From a virus: DNA of 64,000 nt. The position numbers and the translations under genes are program-made. Under the pieces are notes generated by a model. That model ran no database searches and was not told where the DNA came from. It worked only from the letters and a program-made list of their open reading frames with translations. The stretch is taken from positions 1 to 64,000 of IMG/VR virus record IMGVR_UViG_3300003690_002850; one strand, given 5' to 3'. Positions 48,389 through 57,511 of the stretch are shown here, in pieces (the stretch's first letter is position 1; the number at the start of each line of letters is the position of its first letter).

Positions 48389-50058
48389 AGTTTAACATAT
48401 CCTTGTGCTTCTAATTCGTCCATATCTGCATTATAGTTAGGACCTGTGTCCTCATTAAAAATATTTATATCTGTAAAGTGAACCTCATGTGGTTTCCAGG
48501 TATCGTCAATATTTTGCATTTTATAATCTTGTAGAAAGTTGCTAAACTTTTGATCGATATATGGTCCTAGTTCTATTTTTGCAGGCCGTTGATTATCATC
48601 AATTTCTACAACATTGTAATATTTTTGTATAACGCTATTTTCTAATATTAATAATGCCCATACCATTGCCATAACTCTATCATCATGATCAAATCCAGGT
48701 TGTGCCGCCCAAGACCCATTAGGATATCTTACAAAATTTTTCATTTCTACGACAGTAGGTTTTGATTTTATATCGACACACTTAATATCATTAACCCAAT
48801 ATCTCATATTAGTAATACCTTTATATTTGGTATTAGTATGAGCATACACTCCTATCCTATCATATTTTATTTGACCTATTTTAGGAGACCAATTAACTAT
48901 GTTTTTATAATTATATTGGTGATATAAATTATCGACTACCTGACTACCACAATTATTTCTTTCTATTAATACAGGGGGTGCTCCCCAGTGATAACATATA
49001 TCACGGACTTTAGTAGTAAACTCAAATGGATTGATTTCATTAGATGCATATTCTGCGACTTGTTTTATATCTTGTAACTCAGTTATATCTAAGACTTGTA
49101 TAACGCTAAAATTTTGACCGACACCTTCTGCTACATCAACTCCAATAGTATATAAATGATCTTTATCAGGCTCAGTCCATATTTTATAACAACCATCATC
49201 AAACACATATGTTGGTTCTGTTGCATTTGCTAATAATTTTTCAAAAAAGATTTCATCAATAAATGAATCACCGGTATCAAGAAACTTACAATCAAACTCT
49301 TGCGCAAAGGCTTCTTCACTGCCTATAGATTTAATTGTGTCAATTTTCCATTCCTCATCGCGACCAGGAACTTCATGCCATAATATTTTTTCTGCTTGCC
49401 AGTTGTTTATTCCTTTTACTGCTTCTGTGTATAATGTATGAAATAAATTACCACTACCGTTTGGAGTAGATGCTACAAATATTTTAGATTTTGTTGAGGC
49501 AGAAATAATAGGATATACTGACTTCCAAAAAGATTCAACGAGATTATTTGGGATAAACGCTAACTCATCTAAAATTAATACATTAACAGATTCACCACGA
49601 CCGGCGTCTGAGCTTGTAGTACTAATACCAATACTACTACCATTGGCTAATTTCATAGAAGTTTTACCATACTCTACAACTCCAGGTTTTAAATAATTTG
49701 GTAAATTCTCGTATGCAAGTCTAACTCGTGAAAAAATACTAATAGCAGTTTGTTCTTTATTAGCAACAATTAATATACGTTGATCGTCTTGAAAACAAGC
49801 AATCCATAGAGCATAAATTGTCATCATAGTAGTTTTTCAACTGCGTAATACCCTTTTTTGGTAAGAATATAAAGTTATTAACATTTTGCCTTGATCGAGA
49901 TTAACAATGTGAAAAAAGTTTTCTGCAAAATGAAGAATATTCTGTCTCGACTTCTTAAGAGACTTAACCATCTCAGGAGTCCACGCGTACTCCATATTAG
50001 GGTTAGGTAGGTTTGTATTACCTAAATAAAATTTATCGTCCTTTTTTAGCCTCGGCAC
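48385..50058 (-). CDS. gp17: Terminase large subunit (gp17-like), interrupted by in-frame TGA at 49837-49839 where the Walker A region is missing
   Basis: FYLGN, LYSYQK, KTT, GRGES, LILDELAF, ASTPNG, QEFDC, GVDVAEG, ERNN, HDDRVMA motifs. Confidence 0.92.
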
Positions 50059-50071
50059 TATAAATATTTAC
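50059..50071. promoter_or_regulatory. Palindromic bidirectional late promoter
   Basis: TAAATATTTA palindrome (50061-50070) in a 13-bp gap between divergent starts. Confidence 0.7.
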
Positions 50072-51508
50072 ATGACCAGCAGAGATTTAAACTCTATTAA
50101 TGAAGCCTTTACCAAAGCTACGGGAAAGGTAGTTGCTGAAGAGACTGTAGAGTCGAAAGAAATTATAACTGAAGTCGCCGAGTCCTCGGGGGATCCGGTG
50201 GCACAGCAACCAAAGCGCCGCGGCATGTTTGATCCAGATTGGCGTTCGCGTAAGGGCAAGCATACGAAAAAAGCGACAAAAGCGGAGTTGAGACAAAGAG
50301 AACGTGAACGTACCCCTAGATCGAAGAAGGTAAAAGAAGATCTTGGACCGGATTTTGGTGATGAAGAAGATTTAGGTGATCCTTCTCGTCATAGTGGTGA
50401 TTATTTAGATGATGAGCCATTAGAGGTTGGAGATATAGTAGAGGTTGAAGGTGAAGGTTCAGATTTTGTAATTCTTAGTATTGATGGAGACTGGGTTTCA
50501 GCTGCCGAGGTAGGTGACGGAATTGAGGTTAAAAAAGATGCAGTTGTAAAGACATCGAGCATGACATGGGGCAAGAAAGAGTCAGTTAGAATTGAAAGAA
50601 AGCTAGTTACATTAAAGGAGAAAAAGAAAAGTATGAAGTATGCAAATATAATGGAAGATTTTGAAAACCTCTTATCGTCAAGTTCCAAAGGGTTTTCATT
50701 AAAATCTAGAATAAATGAAGAAGATGGGACGTCATTTAACCAGCCTAAGGAAGATGTTGGAGTTAAGCTTAATAAAAACCAACGCCCAGCTGATGAAGTT
50801 GATTCAGAAAAACAAGAATCGTCTACAGAAAATGTTGATGATGACGTACAAGAGCCAAAAGAAGCAGACAAAGCAGACAAGCCAGAAGAAAAAAATACTA
50901 AAAAAGAGAAGAAAGTTGTTGAGGATAGTATAAATAATTGTAACAAAGGTAATATTATGTCAGAAGATAAATCCATATTTGATAAGCTCTATGAGCAAGT
51001 TATGAGTGAAGACGACGATTTCGGTGCTGAGTTAGGTTTACCCGGCGGGGATGAAATCAGTGTTGGCGATGATGAGTTTGGCGACGAGGGTGGTGAAGAC
51101 ATCACTGTAACGTTAACTCCTGATCAAGCTGATGCTATTCGTGCTGTCGCTGATCAGCTTGCTCCGGCGGACGATCTTGATGCCGAGCTAGATGATCTCG
51201 GTGGTGAAGAGGAACCAGAAGAGGGATTTCGTCGCGAGGGCGCCGAATCTAGCGAAACAGTAGCTGAGGGAGATGAGACATCTTCTGGCAAGCCGACAAG
51301 TGACGGTGCGAAGACAGGTGTAGATCCTTCGAAGAGCGGGCACCACTCGGAACTACCTGCTGATGCTTTAGGTGGTAAGTCGACAGGTACAGGTGATGCG
51401 AAGGTTACGGATGATGCTCCTACAACCGGTAAAGCGACAACTGACGGTAAGACCGTGGGCGATAAGAAACACGGTAAAGGTCCGTTAAAGGCTAAAGCTA
51501 AGATCTAA
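50072..51508 (+). CDS. Highly acidic prohead core/internal head-like protein
   Basis: MTSRDLNSINEAF leader; many (I/V/L)-x-E sites; internal TATAAATA promoter and in-frame ATG at 50957. Confidence 0.65.
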   Translation: MTSRDLNSINEAFTKATGKVVAEETVESKEIITEVAESSGDPVAQQPKRRGMFDPDWRSRKGKHTKKATKAELRQRERERTPRSKKVKEDLGPDFGDEEDLGDPSRHSGDYLDDEPLEVGDIVEVEGEGSDFVILSIDGDWVSAAEVGDGIEVKKDAVVKTSSMTWGKKESVRIERKLVTLKEKKKSMKYANIMEDFENLLSSSSKGFSLKSRINEEDGTSFNQPKEDVGVKLNKNQRPADEVDSEKQESSTENVDDDVQEPKEADKADKPEEKNTKKEKKVVEDSINNCNKGNIMSEDKSIFDKLYEQVMSEDDDFGAELGLPGGDEISVGDDEFGDEGGEDITVTLTPDQADAIRAVADQLAPADDLDAELDDLGGEEEPEEGFRREGAESSETVAEGDETSSGKPTSDGAKTGVDPSKSGHHSELPADALGGKSTGTGDAKVTDDAPTTGKATTDGKTVGDKKHGKGPLKAKAKI

Positions 51509-51534
51509 TACAATTAAAACATAGTACCTTTGAT

Positions 51535-51563
51535 AGCCCCTTACAATGTAAGGGGCTTTTTTT
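51535..51563 (+). terminator. Rho-independent terminator
   Basis: AGCCCCTTAC-AAT-GTAAGGGGCT followed by a T run. Confidence 0.85.
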
Positions 51564-51577
51564 ATTAAATAATTAAA

Positions 51578-51886
51578 ATGTTATTCACTCGGAAATTCCT
51601 TGAAGCGTTAGGGTGTAAAAATTTATACAAATTGAGAGGGAGTACAGGTTCTGGTAGAAAGCATCAAAATTTGCTACCTGCTAGTAGTCGTGCGAAACCT
51701 GAGCCAAACAGTTTTAAAATTTTAAAAGCATCTCAAACAGGTACACATCGTTTAAGTGTTCAAGATATACAAGAACTAAAACAATTATATGGAATTACAG
51801 ATCTTGAGAAAGAAGGATCTAGAAATTTAGGTAATACAGGAATAACAATGTATATTGATAACAATCAATATTTTATTAAAAAGTAA
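51578..51886 (+). CDS. Late hypothetical protein
   Basis: TAAATA-6nt-ATG; MLFTRKFLEA. Confidence 0.65.
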   Translation: MLFTRKFLEALGCKNLYKLRGSTGSGRKHQNLLPASSRAKPEPNSFKILKASQTGTHRLSVQDIQELKQLYGITDLEKEGSRNLGNTGITMYIDNNQYFIKK

Positions 51887-52638
51887 TGGCATCGGCATGG
51901 AGTACAGATACAGTTACGGCAGTTAACTATCATAGTGACGCTGAGGATATTATTCGGTTTAATAATAAATCGTTGGGTGCTAACGAGCGTAATAAAACAT
52001 ATAAAAAATGGTGGAAGGAGCAAATAAGATTATATGGAACTAACGTTAGTTATTACGTCCGAAAATTTGATTTAGCTAACACTGATAAAGTGTATGGTGA
52101 AAACCCGTATCAAGGATATCAGGTTGCTCAGACCATGACTATGTTAATAGACTTAACCGATGGTGCAATAACATATTCTCAATATGGTTTAGTATCTGAT
52201 GATGAATTAACAGCAGTAATAGATATTGAAACTTATCAGCAAACTCTCTCTTCTTATTATCATTCTTCTGGTTATACTGGTACGTTAAGCGCTATGCCTA
52301 ATGCAGGGGATGTATTTCAATTAACCGAATATGGTTCAGTTGATCGACCTGGAGGAAAGGACGGAAAGATATTTGAAATTACAGAACGTATAGATCAAAT
52401 GGTTGGTGAGATCAATCAGCTCCAAGGTCATTATGTATTTAGACTCCGTGCTCGTAGAAACGATCATACATTCTTACCAGGATTGCCTGCTGAAGCTAAA
52501 TCTACTCAAGTTACTGATACGTCTGGTGTTGGGCCTTTAACAGCTCTCGAGACTGATTATATTAATGACTTAGATACAGAACAAGCGACATATTTTGATT
52601 ATGGATCTAACGACGATGTGTATGGAGATTATTACTAA
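51886..52638 (+). CDS. gp14: Neck/head-completion protein (gp14-like)
   Basis: EQIRLYGTNVSYY, VYGEN, SQYGLVSDDE, PNAGD, IFEIT motifs. Confidence 0.75.
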   Translation: MASAWSTDTVTAVNYHSDAEDIIRFNNKSLGANERNKTYKKWWKEQIRLYGTNVSYYVRKFDLANTDKVYGENPYQGYQVAQTMTMLIDLTDGAITYSQYGLVSDDELTAVIDIETYQQTLSSYYHSSGYTGTLSAMPNAGDVFQLTEYGSVDRPGGKDGKIFEITERIDQMVGEINQLQGHYVFRLRARRNDHTFLPGLPAEAKSTQVTDTSGVGPLTALETDYINDLDTEQATYFDYGSNDDVYGDYY

Positions 52639-52828
52639 ATTCATACTCTACATCTTTTAATACAGAGTGATATCGCTCAGCGATATATTTGTTAATAGGA
52701 ATCGGCTTTAGACAATCTTTTGTATGTCCTATTTTTTCTGCTTTATCGGCGATAATATTTACTGCTTCAAATAAGCACAACCATCTCGCCAGTTGTGAAT
52801 AGTCTTTAGTAGGGGGGTTATTTCTCAT
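52607..52828 (-). CDS. Hypothetical protein
   Basis: 73-aa ORF coupled to the upstream gene. Confidence 0.55.
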   Translation of the reverse strand: MRNNPPTKDYSQLARWLCLFEAVNIIADKAEKIGHTKDCLKPIPINKYIAERYHSVLKDVEYEFSNNLHTHRR

Positions 52829-53231
52829 AAATCATATCAATTCCCTGATCAGGGAATGTTGTTGGTAATACAGTACTAATATCAATTTTTACTTTATTCT
52901 GAGCATCACAATCTTCACAAGTAAATTCATTGTCGTCCTTTGTTAATATTACGTATACATTATTCATTTTTTTACAGCTTTGACATTCAGCTAAAATTCG
53001 ATTTTGTTCTGCTAATTGAGATAAATGTAGCACCTCTTTTTCTAAATTTAAGCGAGCGTGATATCTAAGAATATTATTATATAGAAAAAAGAACAGTATT
53101 TGAGCACCGGTTGTTGCTATGAATACTTTTATAAAGCCAGTAAGGGAGGGATAAAATAAAACTGTTATACCGCTAATTGAACTTGAAATTAAAATTAAAA
53201 TTAATAAACTCTTAACTATCTGATTCGTCAT
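52818..53231 (-). CDS. Membrane protein with C-terminal zinc ribbon
   Basis: Two hydrophobic helices, then CQSC...CEDC. Confidence 0.65.
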   Translation of the reverse strand: MTNQIVKSLLILILISSSISGITVLFYPSLTGFIKVFIATTGAQILFFFLYNNILRYHARLNLEKEVLHLSQLAEQNRILAECQSCKKMNNVYVILTKDDNEFTCEDCDAQNKVKIDISTVLPTTFPDQGIDMIYEK

Positions 53232-53577
53232 GATCTAAATCTTCTGACACTGATTTTATAAGATCCTGAATTTTTTGCAACTTTAAAGTTGCGGATTGTA
53301 CAACTTTTTCATCCATGTGTGTGGAAGGATTTTCAAAAAGTTGATTTAATAAATAAGTGGCATCAGATACATTTTTATATGCACTACCAAGTTGTTCGAT
53401 AAGATGATCACCAGGAAAAGGAACAAGTTCAGCTGAAATTTTATTATAAGTTGCTGGACTAGCCTTTGCAATATCAGCAAATGTTTTTGTAGTTGGTCGA
53501 ACGTGTCTAGACTTCACATCTTTCCAATACTTGTTAGTGTACTTATATAAATCTTCGAAAAGTAGGCCTTTCATCAT
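53212..53577 (-). CDS. Late hypothetical protein
   Basis: Start adjacent to the palindromic TAAATA promoter. Confidence 0.65.
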   Translation of the reverse strand: MMKGLLFEDLYKYTNKYWKDVKSRHVRPTTKTFADIAKASPATYNKISAELVPFPGDHLIEQLGSAYKNVSDATYLLNQLFENPSTHMDEKVVQSATLKLQKIQDLIKSVSEDLDHDESDS

Positions 53578-53597
53578 AAGTATTTATTAAATACTTA
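53577..53597. promoter_or_regulatory. Palindromic bidirectional late promoter
   Basis: TAAGTATTTA-T-TAAATACTTA perfect inverted repeat spanning the 21-bp gap between divergent genes. Confidence 0.7.
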
Positions 53598-53598
53598 C

Positions 53599-54033
53599 AT
53601 GGGAAAGTTTGAAAACAAATTTTTATCTTTACTTTTAGAAGATGAATTTGATGCAGCAGAACCATCAGCTGCTCCTGCCCAAGCGCCTGCCCCAGCAATT
53701 GATGCAGATCCAGAAGCCGATCGACAATCTTTTGCAAATGCTTTAGATGAACCAGATCATGCTAAAGATTTTGAAGATGTAATAGATTCGAACCCGAACG
53801 AGCAACAAGAACTTTCAGATTTACAAGAATGGATTACCAATATTGATGAGGTATTACAATATCTTAATGGTGGTATTTCTAGTGTGTTAGGTAAATTAAG
53901 AGATGATAATAAAGTAGGTACTATTTATGCTGATGTTACTGATGCTACAAAAAATGAAATTTTAGATGTATGTGAAAGATTAGCAGGATTAAATCAAATT
54001 TTTAAAAACCTTTATATAGAAAAACATAAATAA
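53599..54033 (+). CDS. Acidic late protein (possible internal head protein)
   Basis: MGKFENKFLSLLLED leader; A/P linker. Confidence 0.7.
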   Translation: MGKFENKFLSLLLEDEFDAAEPSAAPAQAPAPAIDADPEADRQSFANALDEPDHAKDFEDVIDSNPNEQQELSDLQEWITNIDEVLQYLNGGISSVLGKLRDDNKVGTIYADVTDATKNEILDVCERLAGLNQIFKNLYIEKHK

Positions 54034-54041
54034 TTAATATT

Positions 54042-54500
54042 ATGGCAGATACAGCAAGACGAGCGGAATTACAACGAGGAATAGAGGGTCACGAGATCCA
54101 GTCTAGAAAAGCTCGCATGGCTTGGAAAGCAGCGAGATCGGCATGGCAAGAGATTGAGAAGGATCATGACGGTGCTCCGGGAGCGGACATAACCGCTGCT
54201 CATGAGCGTGAAGAGAAGGCCGCTGAAGAGGTATATAGGGAAGCGAAAAAAGACAGAAAAAGAGCAGAAAAGGTATTAGCTGAATTTGATGCCGCCGAAG
54301 CTGCTGCTGATGCCACAGCGCCAAAGCCAGCACCAGCGCCAAAGCCAGCGCCAAAGCCAAAGCCAGCGCCCAAGGCGTCAGGTTATAAGTCTGATCTTGA
54401 TAAGAAATGGGCTGTTTATATAGCTGGTGAAAGAGCGGTTACTGATAAAGCGTGGGCTGATGAAATAGCTGGACCAAGGCCTGCAGGTTGGACTGGTTAA
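54042..54500 (+). CDS. Coiled-coil protein with PAPKP repeats
   Basis: E/A/K/R-rich helix then APKPAPAPKPAPKPKPAPK. Confidence 0.65.
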   Translation: MADTARRAELQRGIEGHEIQSRKARMAWKAARSAWQEIEKDHDGAPGADITAAHEREEKAAEEVYREAKKDRKRAEKVLAEFDAAEAAADATAPKPAPAPKPAPKPKPAPKASGYKSDLDKKWAVYIAGERAVTDKAWADEIAGPRPAGWTG

Positions 54501-55529
54501 TTAAATTCTAGATAATAATAATTTACCTTTTAATTCAGTATAACTATTTTTAATTATAAACCGAGATGTAATTTCGTCTCGGTTTATTTTTACGCACAAA
54601 TCATTAAAATCTTTAAAATTTAATAACTCTTCAGGCCATATAAAACACTTTTCTCCTTGACTGAGTAATAATCGAGTTTTTTGTTTTGATGTTTCATCAC
54701 AGTGTTGATTATCAAGAACCCAAATACGTTTGTGAAAAGGTTTTTGAATTATTTGTTGTTCTTGTCGTTTTGTAAAACAAGATCTACCTTTACTGATACC
54801 ACCTACTGCAACACCATTTTTAACAAAAAAACTATCTATCGGTCCCTCGAAAATAAAAATATACTCTAAATTATTATCTATTTTATCGATATTAAATATT
54901 GTTTTATCAGCTCCTATTTTTGAGAGATATTTTGGCTTTGTATCTTTTTTGTTTTGTTTTAATTTTCTTGATTGATAAAATATGATTTTATTATTATCAT
55001 AAAACGGTATTATTATTCTATTTTTATGTACAAAATCATTTCTACTAAACCACAAAGATTTAGGTTTATTAATTGCTGTTAATAGTCTCCTCTCTTTGCA
55101 TGTAATTATAGCATGTGTTACCATTGGTTCATGACTATAAAAACTGCACTGGACTTTATCGTATAAATTAATACAATCACCAGGAAGAGATTGTGGTGGG
55201 TTATCGGGAGTTAATTTATCTTCTGTTTCAACGGGAATGTTAAATACATCTATATCTTTACATTCATTAATTATATCAATATAATTCTTACCTGTTACTT
55301 CTTGAACCCATTTTACAGGTGAACCACTCCAACCACAATTATGACAGAAAATATGATCTTCTTTTACTATATAGTAGAGTCTTCTCTTTTTATTCCAAGA
55401 CTTACCTTCTCTACAAACAGGACAACCTCCTTCATATACGTTAGTTAATTTCTTATACTTAGGATACCCCGCATATTGATAAAATTTTTCTACAATATAT
55501 TCTTGTGGTATTACGTCATTTAGGCTCAT
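54501..55529 (-). CDS. gp61: DNA primase (T4 gp61-like)
   Basis: CPVC...CHNCG zinc finger, RIIIPF, YQSR, PKYLS, FEGPIDS, KDFND. Confidence 0.9.
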   Translation of the reverse strand: MSLNDVIPQEYIVEKFYQYAGYPKYKKLTNVYEGGCPVCREGKSWNKKRRLYYIVKEDHIFCHNCGWSGSPVKWVQEVTGKNYIDIINECKDIDVFNIPVETEDKLTPDNPPQSLPGDCINLYDKVQCSFYSHEPMVTHAIITCKERRLLTAINKPKSLWFSRNDFVHKNRIIIPFYDNNKIIFYQSRKLKQNKKDTKPKYLSKIGADKTIFNIDKIDNNLEYIFIFEGPIDSFFVKNGVAVGGISKGRSCFTKRQEQQIIQKPFHKRIWVLDNQHCDETSKQKTRLLLSQGEKCFIWPEELLNFKDFNDLCVKINRDEITSRFIIKNSYTELKGKLLLSRI

Positions 55530-55707
55530 CTACTGATCGAACATCAACTATTTGTTTTGTAATAAATTGGCCGGTGTGAGGATCAGTATAATGCGCTTCT
55601 GTACGTATTTCATCACCCATTCTAACTTCTCTCATTGTAGGTGCAATTGTATTACCAGCAGGTCCCATTATATTATGAGGGTTTCTCTTATATTCAACTT
55701 TTTGCAT
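55516..55707 (-). CDS. Hypothetical protein
   Basis: 63-aa coupled ORF. Confidence 0.6.
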   Translation of the reverse strand: MQKVEYKRNPHNIMGPAGNTIAPTMREVRMGDEIRTEAHYTDPHTGQFITKQIVDVRSVDEPK

Positions 55708-56602
55708 TTTTAATCGCCTTCTTAATAATATTTATTATATTTTCATTATTATTAAATGATTCTCGCCATGAAGAATAATTTCTTACAATAGACCACATAT
55801 TTAATTTCTTTGCTTCTTCTATAAATTTATTATGATTACTTTTATGAGTTTTACATTTTTTTAATTGTTCTTCATATATAGGTACCTCATCTGGATAATA
55901 ATCATAACCAATTGACAAGTCCATTAATTCTAAGTTTCTTTCATAAATAACTTGCTGTTCTTCTGTTAATTTAGTTAGATCTAATTTTTTAAATCGAGCA
56001 AGCCCATATCTAGGTATACCTGGTATATTATCAGATTTATCACCTGTTACAGCTCTGTAATTTAAATATTGGTCTTTAGATACTCCTGTATATTCTTCAA
56101 AATTTTGTAATGTAACTATTTTCTTTTTTATAGGACTATAGATTTTAGTATCAACGGATATTGTTTGTAATAAATCTTTATCAGTTGTTACTATAACACT
56201 TTTACCAGGGAGGTGATCCGATAACCAAGCCATTAAGTCATCAGCTTCCATTCTAAGCGGAAACATATTATGTACACCTAGTAGGGAAATAATCTCTTGG
56301 ATTTTTTCTGAATACTCATGTACATCTTTAAATTTATCGTCATCCCTATTCGCTTTATATTCTACGGTAATAACTTCATTCCTGAAATTAGTAGAAGGCC
56401 ATTCTAATTTTTTATCCCATGTACAATAAATTTTTTTTGATTGAAATTTATCTACATAAGATTTTAGAGCTCGTAAAAATAGAAATATTTGACCTGGACT
56501 GTTTGCTTCGTCTAATTTAAAATTATTAGTCCAAAAGATTCGGTATAATAGATTGTTGCCATCTATTATAAGATTATTTGTTCCACCATTTTTCATTTTC
56601 AA
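55694..56602 (-). CDS. rnh: 5'-3' exonuclease / T4 RNase H-like flap nuclease
   Basis: IIDGNN, YKANR, EADD, TTDKDLLQ, GDKSDNIPGI. Confidence 0.9.
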   Translation of the reverse strand: MKMKNGGTNNLIIDGNNLLYRIFWTNNFKLDEANSPGQIFLFLRALKSYVDKFQSKKIYCTWDKKLEWPSTNFRNEVITVEYKANRDDDKFKDVHEYSEKIQEIISLLGVHNMFPLRMEADDLMAWLSDHLPGKSVIVTTDKDLLQTISVDTKIYSPIKKKIVTLQNFEEYTGVSKDQYLNYRAVTGDKSDNIPGIPRYGLARFKKLDLTKLTEEQQVIYERNLELMDLSIGYDYYPDEVPIYEEQLKKCKTHKSNHNKFIEEAKKLNMWSIVRNYSSWRESFNNNENIINIIKKAIKNAKS

Positions 56603-57511
56603 TATACCACATTATAGTGTATCTTAAATCATCGGCAAATGTTTTTTTGGTTTCAGAAAATTCTAATTGTTGTCCTGTCTGAATTATCATTGATCGATAT
56701 ATTGAATCCATTAAGCTATATCTAAGATCATGACCTTTTCTATCTTCAACATATCTAATTAATTTTTTAGGCTTTTTCAAAATCGTCAAAATTATCTCTA
56801 CAATTTCAATATTAGATATTTCTGAATGGTAGTCTGTGTCAGGAGCAAGGTTATATATCTTTCCTGCATCTCCTTGTGTTAATACGTTGTATATTTTTTC
56901 GCAATGGTCTTTGACGTATATCCATTGACGTATGTTATTACCTTTTCCATATACTGGAATTTGTTCATTATTATTAGCTTTGTAAGCAATAACTGGAATA
57001 AATTATGAAAGGATAATGCTAATAAATCTGCCCCAGCTTTTGTTGCTGAATATATAGATGATGGTTCTAGTAAATCATATTCTTCACTGGGCGCAGAATT
57101 AAATTGTAAACTACCATATACCTCATCTGTACCTACTTGAAGAAATCTTGTATTGTCAGGTAGTTGTTTTAGCAATTCATATACACCTACATAATTACTA
57201 TCGATAAAAACATCACCGTCTTCGATGCTATTATCTACATGTGATTCAGCGGCAAAATTTACAATATAATCATATTGTTTATCTAATTTAAAATCTGAGA
57301 TGCTCTGATATATTATATCTAATTTATTGCTAGACACATCCGGATGCTTATATAAATCCCATAGATAATCTTCAGTGTTCTGTGATACACAATAGGCATA
57401 ACTATCTATTATTGTTATATTACAGTTTTCACATTCACGGTGAAGGAGCTCTACAAAATGACTTCCAATAAATCCTAAACCGCCTGTTACTAAAATATTT
57501 TTATCTTTCAT
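56574..57511 (-). CDS. rmlB: dTDP-glucose 4,6-dehydratase, split by a frame break at ~57003
   Basis: VTGGLGFIGS, FAAESHVD, TDEVYG, YSATKA; second frame FIPV..IPVYGKG.NIREWIYVKDHC..DRKGHDLRY. Confidence 0.9.

Noticed and set aside
49837-49839. TGA recoded as Gly/Trp (alternative genetic code) in the terminase
   Set aside because: About 15 residues would still be missing, other long genes have no in-frame TGA, and TGA, TAG and TAA all serve as normal stops in the window.
43501-50058. Group I introns or inteins explaining the split sheath and terminase
   Set aside because: Sequence is missing rather than inserted at the breaks; no intervening sequence, homing endonuclease or intein motif is present.
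54318-54372. CCAAAGCCAGCG repeats as a regulatory or mobile repeat
   Set aside because: Explained as a coding PAPKP low-complexity linker.
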